Positions 24,618-38,300 of a DNA stretch of 64,000 bases are shown piece by piece. Position numbers and translations under genes: made by a program. The first letter of the stretch is position 1. The number at the start of each line of letters is the position of its first letter. The stretch is from Eledone cirrhosa (lineage: Eukaryota), in the NCBI GenBank assembly GCA_964016885.1, contig OZ024742.1, positions 318,122,001 through 318,186,000 on the forward strand, given 5' to 3'. The notes under the pieces are model-generated. The model was given only the letters and a program-made list of their open reading frames with translations. It was not told the origin of the DNA and did not search any database.

Positions 24618-27600
24618 ATACTTGGGGAGGGTCATATTTGTGTAATAATATTGCCAGAATTAATAACAGAACACACTCACTGTTTGGTTGGTTTTCGCTT
24701 CTGTGTCTTTTATATCGGTTAATTTAATTTATTCGGTCCTCAATGTTACCATTGACTGACCAACGGTCAAAAATGCAGATATAATATAGACACAAACACA
24801 TATATATAGTCTAACAAAGTTCTTTCGTTGTACATCTGCAACATCGTCAGTGGTGCTATTATGTTCCTCCCGTTGTATTGTATGCCTACGCCATCTTTAT
24901 TTAGTCTGTTTATTTATTTATTTATTTATTTATTTATAAATAAATCTCACCACACCAAACGAGAGAGATGAACTCATGAGCGTCATTCGACGTGAAACGA
25001 AATACGCCCGAAACGAATGCAATAGGCATTTCAATAAGAAATTAGAATGGATGATGAAGAAAAAACTAGAAGAAAGAAAAATAGAATATTCACAAAAATA
25101 TCCAGATAACATCAACAATATCCGTATGACTGATGTAGAACTACCGGAAGAATTTACCAATGACCACACAGTAAATATTTATGGGAACACTTTAATCACT
25201 GAACAAGAACAACAAATCCTGCAGCTACCACCAACATTTGCTGTCTACAAAAAGATTAACCCTATTGAGTGCAAAACGGAGCTGGAAAAGTGTTTCACAA
25301 AAATACGTTGGAATGCAAAAGTAAACAACAACAACAACTATACGGACAACAACAACAATAATAACGATAGTAGTAATATAAACAATAACTCTGAGTATAG
25401 AAATAACAGCTATAATAGTAATAGTCATAACAATAACAATAGCAGAAGAGTGAGAAATAGTAATAATGGTAATAATATTAACGATAGACAGAACAACAAC
25501 CACAATAATAATAATAATAGAAACATTAACTACAGATACAGCAGCAGCGACCACAGTAGTAATAATGGTAATAATACGAGTAACAACAACAACAACCACA
25601 GTGGTAATAATAGAAATAATACATGTAGCAACATTAATGATAGACACAACAACAACAAAAACAAGAAACATAATAAAAGTAACAATCACAATGGTAGAAA
25701 TAACAGTAACAACAACAATAACGGTGGAGAAAACAACAACAATACATCTAACAATCACAGCAACAATACATCTAGCAATCATAACAATAATAATAATGCT
25801 AATGATAGGAACAACAACAACCACCATAATAACAATAGCAACACACACAACTATGACGATAGATATAATGACAACCCCTTAGAGAAACTATTCTTCAACC
25901 CAGCTGACAAAACATATAAGATGGGTAATATCTATCCTACGAAGTTACCCTTTAATAAAAGGGTTTGTATACCACAACAAATAGATGACGAGACAGAGGC
26001 ACAGTTCACCATAGCTAGAAATAAGATTAGACAAATAGTAGACCGGTATACTAAGAGACAGAGCAGACCAGAGGTCCAACAACTTGGGAGGAAACCTGTA
26101 GAAGGCTTGGTTAGCCTCAAGCAGCGCACAAGGGATGGTGAGGTAGTATGTCTACCCACGGATAAGTCTGGTAGGATGTCAATAGATAGCATGCCGAACT
26201 ACATCAAGGCTATGCAACCCCACATCACCAACACGAGCGAAATTGCACAGCAAATACATGATGGGAGAGAGAAAATCCTCAACGCTCACATGATGATGTG
26301 GACCGACATCCTAAAGCCAAGCAGACGCACTGCCAACAACTTCCAGGCGTCTAACAATGGCATCCAGGCGTCTAACAATGGCATACCACCCTTGTATGGG
26401 CTCCGCAAAGACCACAAGACAACCGACGACTCGACAACAAGACCACCAACAAAACCTGTATGCGGAGCAAATATAGCTAGCAACTACGGGATCTCCTACT
26501 CCCTCTCAATAGTTATACGCCCCATAATCAAGATGTCCCCAGATGTATGTGACAGTACAGAGGACCTCCTCAGCAGAATCAGTGAGTGCAACAAAAACAA
26601 AAACCTATCCAGCTGCATAATAGGCAGTATTGACGTGGTATCACTGTACCCATCCATTAACATTGATTTCGCTGTGGAGAAATGTGTGGAGATGATCATT
26701 GAGAGTGAGGTGGAGTTCTGCGACGTCGACACAGACGAACTGGGCCTCCTACTTAGACTTACCTACCTAGACAGCCATGACCTTAGACGTTTATGCCCCA
26801 GTAGACCCATAAGAGGTAGACCCCACACCATAACATCAATGGCAAAAAAGACTCCCATGGGAAGATGGATTGGGTGGACCAAAGCTATACGGACCCCCCA
26901 AAAACAATGATCAGGTAAGAAAAATATTCGCACATGCAATAGGGGCTAGTATCAAAACTACCCCAAAGGGCCACATATTCAAATTCAACGAGAAGATCTA
27001 CATCCAAAATGAGGGAGCAGCCATTGGCGTCAGCATAGCTGGTGACGTTGCCAACCTTTTTATGGTATGGTGGGAAACGAAACTCAAAGATCGCCTTGAT
27101 GAGTGCTTCATAGACCTCATCATGTACTCTCGTTACGTAGACGACATCAATATAGTAATAAGGACATCCCCACAAGAGAGTACTAACAAGTTTGATTTAG
27201 AACGTAGCACAATGGAAAGCATCCAGCAGATAGCTAATTCCATACACCAAAGTATAACTGTAACTATCGACTACCCTTCCAAACACCCTAACAATAGACT
27301 ACCTGTATTAGACACGGAACTCTGGATTAACACTATAGACGAGAGAGCCCAAATTCTCCACTCACACTATGCTAAACCCATGGCCTCCAAATACCTGATA
27401 CTCAAAAACTCAGCAATATCCAGTAGTGCTAAGTTTAATATTCTGATCGCAGACTTGGTACGAGTAATGAAGAACGTGTCCCGCATGTGCGACCCAACAG
27501 AAATGGAAAGACACATCCAACACTTCATCAACCGCATGCAGTTCTCTGGCTACAACCAAAGAGACAGAATCAGAGTATACGAAGGAGCCACAGAGAAGTA

Positions 27601-28520
27601 TAAGACCCTCATAGAACTGGACATGAAAGGAATTTGCCCATTATACAGGAGCAGATCATGGAATAGCTTAGATAGGACTAGACATAAGATAGGGAAAGCC
27701 ACCTCATGGTACGACAACCAGAGATACCAGAGTGTCATGTTTGTGGACGCTACCCCTGGAGGGAATTTAGCTGTAGAAAGGCCCTGAGAAAGACCCACTT
27801 AAAGATTAAGGTGGTAGAAAAGCCAGGAACCACCATAAAATCCCTGATCAGCAAAACCTACCCTTTTAAGAAAACCCACTGTACTAATAGGAAATGTATT
27901 ATATGTAAAGTAAACCCCCGGATAAACTGTAAAACTAGAAACGTAGTCTATAGCATAAGATGTACAGAGAGTACTTGCAGAAACATGATAACAACATACA
28001 TAGGCGAGACAGCTCGTAGCAAAGGTGAAAGGATAGATCAACACGGGGGGGGGGGACTAAAAGGACGAAAAAACGGTTCAGTACTATACGAACATGCCAG
28101 ACAACAACACAACGGTAACATAGACAACATAGAAATTAGAATAATATCTAAACATAGAAATGACTCAACAGATAGGCAAATCAGAGAGGCCAGCGAAATA
28201 GAACTTAGAAGGCCAAGGCTAAACAGAAAAAATGAATGGAATAACAACAACACCCAAACAATACTGACCTAAGAGAAGTATAAATAAATAAATACATACA
28301 CAAGCACAATAACAACAAACACATAAACTAAGATAGAATACAATAACCAATACACAGTCACCCAAACACGAACACACATCAAACACTGTACACACGCAAA
28401 CGCATGCGCAGAGAAGACAAAAAAAAAAAAATAATAATAATAATAAAAAAATATAACAATATATATAACAATATTTGTTTCGACACACGATTTCATATCA
28501 AAAACCTCGCAAAACTAATA
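24612..28520 (+). mobile_element. Penelope-like element (Neptune-like), 5'-truncated, frameshifted, with inverted 5' pLTR segment (24612-24935)
   Basis: Flanked by (TA)n on both sides. Highly similar to 60029-63270; 24612-24935 matches ~60087-60430 in the orientation opposite to its own ORF. Confidence 0.92.
24976..28272 (+). pseudogene. PLE RT-GIY-YIG polyprotein split by two frameshifts (~26900, ~27770)
   Basis: PTDKSGR, DVVSLYPSI, QNEGAAIG, RYVDD, VLD, Cys-rich linker, NVVYSIRC...YIGETAR across three ORF-track frames. Confidence 0.9.
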
Positions 28521-28567
28521 TATATATATGTCTAACCCATACTAGCGTGGAAGATAGACGTTAAACG

Positions 28568-28651
<84 letters not shown>

Positions 28652-28654
<3 letters not shown>

Positions 28655-28860
28655 CGAAGGAAGTGTGGTAAGGAACCAGGTGGACCATAACGCATCAGAG
28701 TACTCAATACTTAGAGTAGTAGAGTGGTTAATAGGAAAATTTTCAAGACCCCGATGGCAAAGCTCAAGCCGTTTCGACGGCTTTTTCTGGACTAGCCAGT
28801 CCAGAAATAGCCGTCGATCGGCTTGATCTCTGCTGTCGGGGTCTTGAAAATTGTCCTATA
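28652..28860 (-). mobile_element. Fold-back element family F1
   Basis: Between (TA)n tracts; ~62-bp inverted arms centred near 28795. Confidence 0.7.
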
Positions 28861-29548
28861 TATATACATATATATATATATCACAGCTCCATACAACGAA
28901 CATAAGAAAGAATCGCTGGACAGATTTTACGGACAAAGCCAACCGGCAGGAGACCTAGAGGTAAAGATGGTAAGACCTAGAGCAAGATGGTTGGATAGAA
29001 GCATAACTAGGGTATGACAAGCATGGCATGTGCCATGGGCTCCACATGAAGAGGGCACCACTTGGACTCGGAGCACGTTCTATTAAAGTCAAATAAGCCT
29101 AATCAAAGAATGAAAAAAGATGTATGATCTGTCTCTATCATGAGTGAGAACACTATGTTGGCTGGATCATTAAACTATTTATATAAATTATTAGGCCTCC
29201 ATAGGTAAAAATACAGTGCTGGGCGGGGGTGCAATTTCACTGCTTGCCATAGCTACTATTTCCCCTAGTTATGCCTCTGTGGTTGGATAACATCCATGAG
29301 CTCGGTTGGTTTCACTTGGGGAGCCAGCCGACTCAAGTGGAGACGGTTGCTTCTGATAGGACCTTCTGGAAAGCGTGGCTAAGGACCCTGTCATAATGAC
29401 TCTTTCAAAAAGAAGAAATTAATGGGTACAGAAGTGTTTAGCTGAAACTAATACAACGATTTCCTTAATCACGTTTGTAATTACACACAGTGCAAATATA
29501 TGCACAAAATATTCATATTAGAACAAAATTAAAAAATGATGCAAATTA

Positions 29549-29621
29549 TACCTCTGACGGGACTCGAACCCGCAATCCCCGGCTTAGGAGGCCGGTGCCT
29601 TATCCATTGGGCCACAGAGGC
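29549..29621 (-). tRNA. tRNA-Arg(CCT)
   Basis: GCCTCTGTGGCCCAATGGATAAGGCACCGGCCTCCTAAGCCGGGGATTGCGGGTTCGAGTCCCGTCAGAGGTA: 73-nt cloverleaf, anticodon CCT, downstream T6 Pol III terminator. Confidence 0.97.
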
Positions 29622-30419
29622 GCTACGGAAGCCGTCTCTCTAGAAAACAATTTATAGGTATCAAAAGCTATTTATTGTTGGTATTTAAAATAATTTGTCA
29701 TGTGGTCAGTGATAAAAGAAATTTTGGTCTAACATACGTACACACATGCATTCACACAAGCGCGAGTGCACATACATGCACACATACACACATATATTCG
29801 TGCATGAGTAACCTTACAAACCTTCTGTATTTTTCAAATATTAGAAATTGAGGGTGAAATTTTAAAAGGTGAGTTGTTTTAATTGAACGTTGTTATTTTA
29901 ACCGTAAACCATATAAATAAGGATTGCTGATAGTCAGAGTTGAGTAAATAGACTGCAGATTACAATCAATGAAAATTCTAACGAGACAAGGGAAATAACT
30001 GTAAAATAAACATGTGCAATTTATAATTATTTCCCTTGCACAAATATTTTGTTCAAATATCAATTTTTCCTAAAATGAAAATGAAATCAGGATCGTTTCG
30101 ACTTATGTTTGAAAATATAGAAATGAACATTTTTAGCTTCCAAAACTTTATAATTTATCACAGTTCAATTATATTAGCCTGAGATATAAAAAAAATAGAT
30201 GAGCTTCTCCAACTGAGTTTTAAATCGTGAACCCCTAAAATTATTGCTGATGAAAATTGATTTAAAAGTATTTAACACTACCAAACCGCTCGAAACCGCC
30301 CCTGGCTCTACAATGCAAAACTACTTATTTAAAAGGTTTTATATTTATTTTTTAAATGTTCATCATAATTTTTTAAAGAACCTTTGTTAAGTTATTTTCC
30401 AAACATCAGCTTAATAATG

Positions 30420-30770
30420 GTTTCTATTATAGGCACAAAGACAGCAATTGGAAGAAGGGAAAAGCGATTAAATCGGCCCCAGTGCATTACTGGTGCTTTA
30501 TTTTATCGACCCCGTAAGGATGAAAGGCAAAGCTTAATAATGACTTCTAGTATAAGCACAATGCCGGTAGTTTGGAGGGGGGGGGGAAGTAGATTAAATC
30601 GACCCCAGTACGTTACTGGTGCTTTATTGCTTTATTTTATTGACCCCGTAAAAATGAAAGGCAAAGTTAACCTCGGTGGGATTTGAACTCAGACCGTAAA
30701 GGACCCTAACTCTATGCTGCAAAGCATGGTGTCTGACGCTCTACCGATACTGCCAATCCCCTGCCCTGAT
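30420..30770 (-). mobile_element. SINE family A dimer
   Basis: 15-bp TSD ATCAGCTTAATAATG (30405-30419 / 30771-30785). Confidence 0.85.
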
Positions 30771-30949
30771 ATCAGCTTAATAATGAAAACGTTAGTTATA
30801 CTATTAAAACCCTCAAAATTCTTGATTAATTTTAAAATTATTAGAAATTCATAGAAATTCATAAGCAGTTTCTTTCTTTAGAAATATTGTAACAAAAGAG
30901 TTACAAAAACATCTGGAAAGCAATAGAGGCAGTCATTAATAACGATGTT

Positions 30950-31830
30950 TTCCAACACCTTGAATCAGATTGAACTATCGTGTTGACGGGCCTCCTTTTG
31001 TCCCACACTAACATCTCTGGTGTTTCTTAGTGTTTCGTTTTGACACTCACACTTTTCCTTCTGCACATCGATCACCTATTTGTTGCCACGTCTAACAATG
31101 CCCATTCTTACGCAGATGATTCAATACTTCATTCTTCCTTAATCTTCTCCAGCCAAGCGTCATCCACATGAACAGAGACCCAAACAGTTTTCCCCAACAG
31201 GTTTGTGTCATTCTTGTATCTTGGCAGCATAAAACACCCTAAAATACTGCTTATATCGAGAAACATCATCTCATATCACCTTCCCTAAGCAAGAGTAGCA
31301 TCCAACTGGAGCTTTCACATTCACTTCAAATGGTAGGCTCCACAATCAGTGAGGATCTCTCATATATCCTTAACATAGCTAAGACCTCACGGAGATCAGA
31401 AAATACTTTAACCCTCAACAGATACTGACTCTAAGTGAGACTTACAATGGTGTACTGCTCCCACATCTGGTTTGTTGCTGCTACGGTTGCTGCTGCTGTT
31501 GTTGCTGGTGTTGCTGCTGTGATTGCACACACTGACTTCCTCGTCTACATTTGGAGAAAAGTCATTCGACTATTTGGCATAAAATCACTCATAGACACAC
31601 GTTAGCTTTTCTTCCATTTTCTCACTACAACAATGACCACTGTTCCTCGAATCTCGAATTGGGTTCTTGCTACTCCCACTCAACCACTCTTGAATAACTC
31701 GTCTCACCTCTCCTTATCACATATGCTGTTTCCAACACTTCATTACCAACACTAACTACTAAACTCAGTCTTTCCTGTCTAAGCGGTCGGCCCTCTAAAA
31801 TTCCCTTCCTACAGGCGTCAACTTGTAACG
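30950..31830 (+). pseudogene. Decayed CR1/Jockey-group LINE reverse transcriptase
   Basis: FLLHIDHLFVATSNNAHSYADDSILHSS and VRLTMVYCSHIW remnants. Confidence 0.65.
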
Positions 31831-34800
31831 TCACTATTCTCTGAGGGTCTGTCTTTTTCTCGAGACTTACTTAAAAAAGGGGGAAGAAAACAATTAAAAA
31901 GACCTGAACAAATATTTGCTGACGCAACCAGTCCGAACGATTAAAGAGTTTACTTAGCAATCATTAGGTCCCGGGTTCTATTATGCAGTGCGACATCTTG
32001 GGCAGTTGTCATTTATCATAGCCTCAGGTCGACCCACACCTCGGAAACTATTTGGAATTCCGTCGGAAGGACTGTACCTGTAATTCAACAGGGTCAGCTT
32101 TGTTACACATTTTGACACGCTGAATTTCGCCGAGAATTACATTAAAAGTACACGAGTTAGTGGAATTCCCAGCCGCTTGTACGTTAATTTCACGAGCAGG
32201 CCATTCCGTTGATCGTGCAACTGAAACACTCATCATCGAAATCGATAAATTCAATAAATTTGTCTAAAATTCTGTCTTAAGCCAGAAGGCTCGTTAGGCC
32301 GGTGCTTATCCCAGTTTCATGGCATGAAGCGACTGAGAGTACAAGACTCACCCCTGGACAGGACGTTAGTCCATCGCAAAGTTTAAACTCCCAGCTATTG
32401 CTGTTACTCATTTTCAGCTGAGTATACTGGAGCAACGTGAAATGAAGTGTCTTGTTCAAGAACACAACATGCAGCCCCGTCTAGCAACCGACCCACAACA
32501 TTATGATCATAAGTTCAACAGCCTTACCACTAGGCCAAGCACCTTCATAAATTTATATAAAACTAATATTTTAAGGTTGTCTAGTTGGTTTAGCTGGAGA
32601 ATTTAACAATAATTTTATTTTACATAAAAAACCCCATTATATATGACAAAAAAAAAGAACATTATAAGAAATCCCATTTTTACGAACGTACATTATACAA
32701 TTGCCCCCCCCCCCCCCCCACGCTTATAAGAATTTAAGCAAATGTCCGTCCTCACCCCACTTACCCCCACCCCCCTATTATTTGGAACCCGGGAGTACAT
32801 TTCTTTCGCTTGGCGCTCCTCCGTTCTATATATATATATAGATGAGGGCGACGTCGGAACTTTCTGTCTATCTACCTCTTTCTGTCACCTCGAAAACACG
32901 GTATTCCCTTTTCTCTCTCTCTCTCTCTATGTACATATCTCTTGCTTGGAGCTCCACTTCTCTAAATAATGTGAGCGCGACGGAGGGAGGGACGGACGGA
33001 CAGACAGCGCTCTTATAATATAGATTTATAGTACAATTCATCTACGAAATACAATAAAATGAAAAAATAAAATAAAATAAAATAAGGGTATTCATCGAAA
33101 GTGAAAACGAAAAAAGAAAAAAAGGGGAATTTACCAAAAGTAAAAACAGAACTAAAGAAAATTTGAGACGGAAAATTTGTCTCACTAAATTGTGTACTAA
33201 TTCACATATCCCACTTACTATCATATGCGCATTCATTTTGGTATATAAATAAATAGCTGCATATCAGCTGTATTGCAGACTAGCATTATAACTGGTGGAA
33301 AACACACCCTCCCTTCATTTCACTTTTGGCCCTCTGTGCCTTTCCCTCAGGACGTAATGGCCAATTCGAGTCCTTATGTTTGAGAACCCAGGTCTTGAAA
33401 CGAAGAGTAGACTTCTTGAAACATGGAGGCGGGAGGCTAGAAGCCATCAAGTCATTGATATACATCTCTGAGAGGATATGGAAAACAAGCAGTAAGAATG
33501 GAACTGAATTACATAATTATCAGAATTACATAATCATCAATTTGATCAGTTAACCCAGTACGACCGAGAGTCCTCCAAACAGACAACAGACTTAGACTTA
33601 AGAGGAAAACAGAAGAAATTCTCACCGAAAAACATGCAAAATTAAAAAAGAAAGATACATCAAAGTAGATATTTAACAGCAGACGACTGATCAACTGACA
33701 TCTCCAATAAAATGGAAGTTCTCTGATCATTATTTTACAAATGTATTTATCTTTTTTAAAAAAATCATATTAGTGGTCCGCGGGATTTAAAATTATGAAT
33801 TTAGTTGTCCGTGAGGTCCGAAAGGTTGGCGATCGCAGTACTAGGAAACCCGACATTATTAAAAATGTACACCGAATTACAGAAAATGCAATTTTATAGA
33901 ATAAGTAGAAGTTACAGCTGTGTATCTATGTGTGGTCAGCGAAAACAGCCTTTCGCATTTATTTATTGGAGAGGAGGGGGGGGGGGGTTTAATTCAAGCT
34001 AGCAGGACCCGTGAAAATTTCACCTTTTATAAGTTATCTTATTTAAATTTTGATACAAGCAGCGAATTGGCAAAATCATTAAAAATAACAAAAACCGATG
34101 CTTTGCGGTATTCATTCCGATTCTCTTCTCTCTGAGTTCAAAACCCACCGAGGTCAATTTTGCCTTTCACATTTTCGAGGTCGATAAAAAAAGTACAAGT
34201 TCAGTACTGGGGTTGATTCTTCCTTTATATCACTTCCTCTCTATCACTCTCTCTCCTCCTCTCAAAGAAATCGGTTGTGTTGAAACACGGAGAAAAGATG
34301 GCTCCACCAAGTTTAAAACGTCCAAGATATGCTGTATGTCATTAAGTCGTTCCTTCGACTCCATCAAGAGTTATGGGTCCATGCTTATATTTTTATTTTG
34401 ATGTACAATTGTATAGATCTTCATAATAATGATTTCCAAGGCGGTGAGTTGGTTGAGTTGCTAGAGCGTCGGACAAATGCTTATCAGTATTTGTTCTGTC
34501 GTCCATAACATTTTAATGTTTCAATCTCTACTATTCAATGTACACTAATCAATTTTTGAAACATTTAATTAATGAATTGTGTTAGAAAACGATCTTTTTC
34601 TCTTAAAAAACCTATCTCGGATGAGAAATATAAAAAAACAAAACAACAAAAACAACCGAAAATGTCACAAAAGTGTAATCGATTTAGTCAGAAGATCGGA
34701 TTTTCTTTTAATCGACTTAGCACAAAAACCTGACCTGATCGAGAGAAACGGATGTCATTTTTGGATTCAGTGGTGTAAAATTGTCCTAAATCAGTTGAAA

Positions 34801-35160
34801 AAACTTACACGACTTACAAAAATATTTTTTTTTGTAACCCAGTGTTATTCTCAGGGAGATTCAGCGTGACAAGACTGGCACTTTGAATTACACTTTCAGT
34901 TCATTCGACGGGATTACACACAAGTATCTGACTACCTTATTTCCCTCACAAAGTTCGAGTTGAATCGAGGCTAAGATAAATGGCAACTTGCCTATGATGC
35001 CAAGCAATAGGATTGAACCTGGCGCCTATTGATTACAAACGAAATTCTTAGCGATTCGATTATGCTGCGCCCACAAAAGATTAAGTGTAATTCATTGGAA
35101 ACAGTCACTGAAAAAAATAGTGGCTCAATTGACCAGCCAGTAAAAAGCAAAAATTACTAA

Positions 35161-35233
35161 TACCTCTGACGGGACTCGAACCCGCAATCCCCGGCTTAGG
35201 AGGCCGGTGCCTTATCCATTGGGCCACAGAGGC
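35161..35233 (-). tRNA. tRNA-Arg(CCT), second copy
   Basis: Identical 73-nt sequence to 29549-29621; downstream T5 runs; unrelated flanks. Confidence 0.97.
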
Positions 35234-35344
35234 TAACGATAAAAGTAGGTCAAAAATACTTTATATAACAGCTCTAATATTGTGCATCACTATCTATTAG
35301 GTGTTTATATTGCTGCAGCAACTGCATTGATGCAACCATCAGTA

Positions 35345-38300
35345 ATAATAGTAGTGGTGGAGTAGGTGGTGAGTGGTGATGGTAGTGTTGGTGATAGTGA
35401 TAGTGGTGATGGTGATGGTAATGACGATAGTAGTAGCGGCGGCGGCGGTGGTGGTGGTGGTGGTGGTGGTGATGGTAGTACTGGTGGTAGTGGTAGTGGT
35501 GGTGATGATGAGGGTAGTAGTAGCAGTGGTGGTGGTGATGATGATGGTAGTGGTAGTGATGGAAGGTAGTAGTAGTGGTTGTGGTGGTGGCGGTGGAGGA
35601 GGCGGTGGGTGGTGATGGTAGTGTTGGTGGTAGTGGTGGTGGTAATGACGGTAGTAGTAGCCATGGTGATGGTGATGATGGTAGTGGTAGTGGTGGTGGT
35701 GACGGTAGTGTTGGTGGTAGTGGTAGTGGTGGTAGTAGTAGTGGTTGTGATGGTGGCGGTGGAGGAGCCGGCAGTAGTAGTATTTATAGTGGTGATGGTG
35801 GTAGTGGTGGTATAGGCAGCAGTAGTAGTATTGGAGGTTGTGGTGGTGGTGTTTGTGGTGATGATGATGGTGGTGGTAGTATTAGTGGTAGTGGTGGTGA
35901 TGATGGTAGTAGTGTGGGTGGTGGTGGTAGTGTTGGTGGTAGTGGTAGTGGTGGTGGTGATGGTAGTAGTGTGGGTGGTGGTGGTAGTGTTGGTGGTAGT
36001 GGTGGTGGTGGTGATGATGGTAGTAGTGTAGGTGGTGGTGGTAGTGTTGGTGGTAATGGTGGTAGTGGTGGTGATGATGGTAGTAGTGTGGGTGGTGGTG
36101 GTAGTGTTGGTGGTAATGGTAGTGGTGGTGGTGATGATGGTAGTAGTGTGGGTGGTGGTGGTAGTGTTGGTGGTAGTGGTAGTGGTGGTGGTGGTGGTGG
36201 TGGTAGTGTTGGTGGTAGGGGTAGTGGTGGTGGTGGTGGTAGTGTTGGTGGTAGGGGTGGTGGTGGTGATGATGGTAGTAGTGTGGGTGGTGGTGGTAGT
36301 GTTGGTGGTAGTGGTAGTGGTGGTGGTGATGGTAGTAGTGTGGGTGGTGGTGGTAGTGTTGGTGGTAGTGGTAGTGGTGGTGATGATGATGGTAGTAGTG
36401 TGGGTGGTGATGGTAGTGTTGGTGGTAGTGGTGGTGGTGATGCTGGTAGTAGTGTGGGTGGTGATGGTATTGTTGGTGGTAGTGGTAGTGGTGGTGGTGG
36501 TGGTAGTGTTGGTGGTAGGGGTAGTGGTGGTGATGATGGTAGTAGTGTGGGTGGTGGTGGTAGTGTTGGTGGTAGTGGTAGTGGTGGTGGTGGTGGTAGT
36601 GTTGGTGGTAGGGGTAGTGGTGGTGATGATGGTAGTAGTGTGGGTGGTGGTGGTAGTGTTGGTGGTAGTGGTAGTGGTGGTGGTGGTGATGGTAGTAGTG
36701 TGGGTGGTGGTGGTAGTGTTGGTGGTAGTGGTAGTGGTGGTGGTGATGATGGTAGTAGTGTGGGTGGTGGTGGTAGTGTTGGTGGTAGTGGTAGTGGTGG
36801 TGGTAGTGTTGGTGGTAGGGGTGGTGGTGGTGATGATGGTAGTAGTGTGGGTGGTGGTGGTAGTGTTGGTGGTAGTGGTAGTGGTCGTGGTGGTGATGGT
36901 AGTAGTGTGTGTGTGGTGGTGGTAGTGTTGGTGGTAGTGGTGGTGGTGGTGATGATGGTAGTAGTGTGGGTGGTGGTGGTAGTGTTGGTGGTAGTGGTGA
37001 TGATGGTAGTAGTGGTGGTGGTGATGGTAGTGTTGGTGGTAATGGTAGTGGTGGTGATGATGGTAGTAGTGTGGGTGGTGATGGTAGTGATGGTGGTAGT
37101 GGTAGTGGTGGTGGTGATGGTAGTGTTGGTGGTAGTGTGGGTGGTGGTGGTAGTGTTGGTGGTAGTGGTAGTGTTGGTAGTAGTGTGGGTGGTGGTGGTA
37201 GTGTTGGTGGTAGTGGTGGTGGTGGTGGTGATGATGGTAGTAGTGTGGGTGGTGGTGGTAGTGTTGGTGGTAGTGGTAGTGGTGGTGGTGATGATGGTAG
37301 TAGTGTAGGTGGTGATGGTAACGTTGGTGGTAGTGGTAGTGGTGGTGGTGATGATGGTAGTAGTGTGGGTGGTGATGGTATTGTTGGTGGTAGTGGTAGT
37401 GGTGGTGGTGGTGGTGGTGGTAGTGTTGGTGGTAGGGGTAGTGGTGGTGGTGATGATGGTAGTAGTGTAGGTGGTGATGGTAACGTTGGTGGTAGTGGTA
37501 GTGGTGGTGGTGATGATGGTAGTAGTGTGGGTGGTGATGGTATTGTTGGTGGTAGTGGTAGTGGTGGTGGTGGTGGTGGTGGTAGTGTTGGTGGTAGGGG
37601 TAGTGGTGGTGGTGATGATGGTAGTAGTGTGGGTGGTGATGGTATTGTTGGTGGTAGTGGTAGAGGTGGTGGTGGTGGTGGTGGTAGTGTTGGTGGTAGG
37701 GGTAGTGGTGGTGATGATGGTAGTAGTGTGGGTGATGGTGGTAGTGTTGGTGGTAGTGGTAGTGGTGGTGGTGATGATGGTAGTAGTGTGGGTGGTGATG
37801 GTAGTGTTGGTGGTAGTGGTAGTGGTAGTGGTGATGATGGTAGTAGTGGTGGTGGTGATGGTAGTGTTGGTGGTAGTGGTAGTGGTGATGCTGGTAGTAG
37901 TGTGGGTGGTGGTGGTAGTGTTGGTGGTAGTGGTAGTGGTGATGATGGTAGTAGTGTGGGTGGTGATGGTAGTGATGGTGGTAGTGGTAGTGGTGGTGGT
38001 GATGGTAGTGTTGGTGGTAGTGTGGGTGGTGGTGGTAGTGTTGGTGGTAATGGTAGTGTTGGTAGTAGTGTGGGTGGTGGTGGTAGTGTTGGTGGTAGTG
38101 GTGGTGGTGGTGGTGATGATGGTAGTAGTGTGGGTGGTGGTGATAGTGTTGGTGGTAGTGGTAGTGGTGGTGGTGGTGATGGTAGTAGTGTGGGTGGTGG
38201 TGGTAGTGTTGGTGGTAGTGGTAGTGGTGGTGGTGATGATGGTAGTAGTGTGGGTGGTGGTGGTAGTGTTGGTGGTAGTGGTAGTGTTGGTAGTAGTGTG

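Noticed and set aside
33326-33842. Possible PLE N-terminal relic and hAT terminus
   Set aside because: Too decayed to assign boundaries or family by eye.
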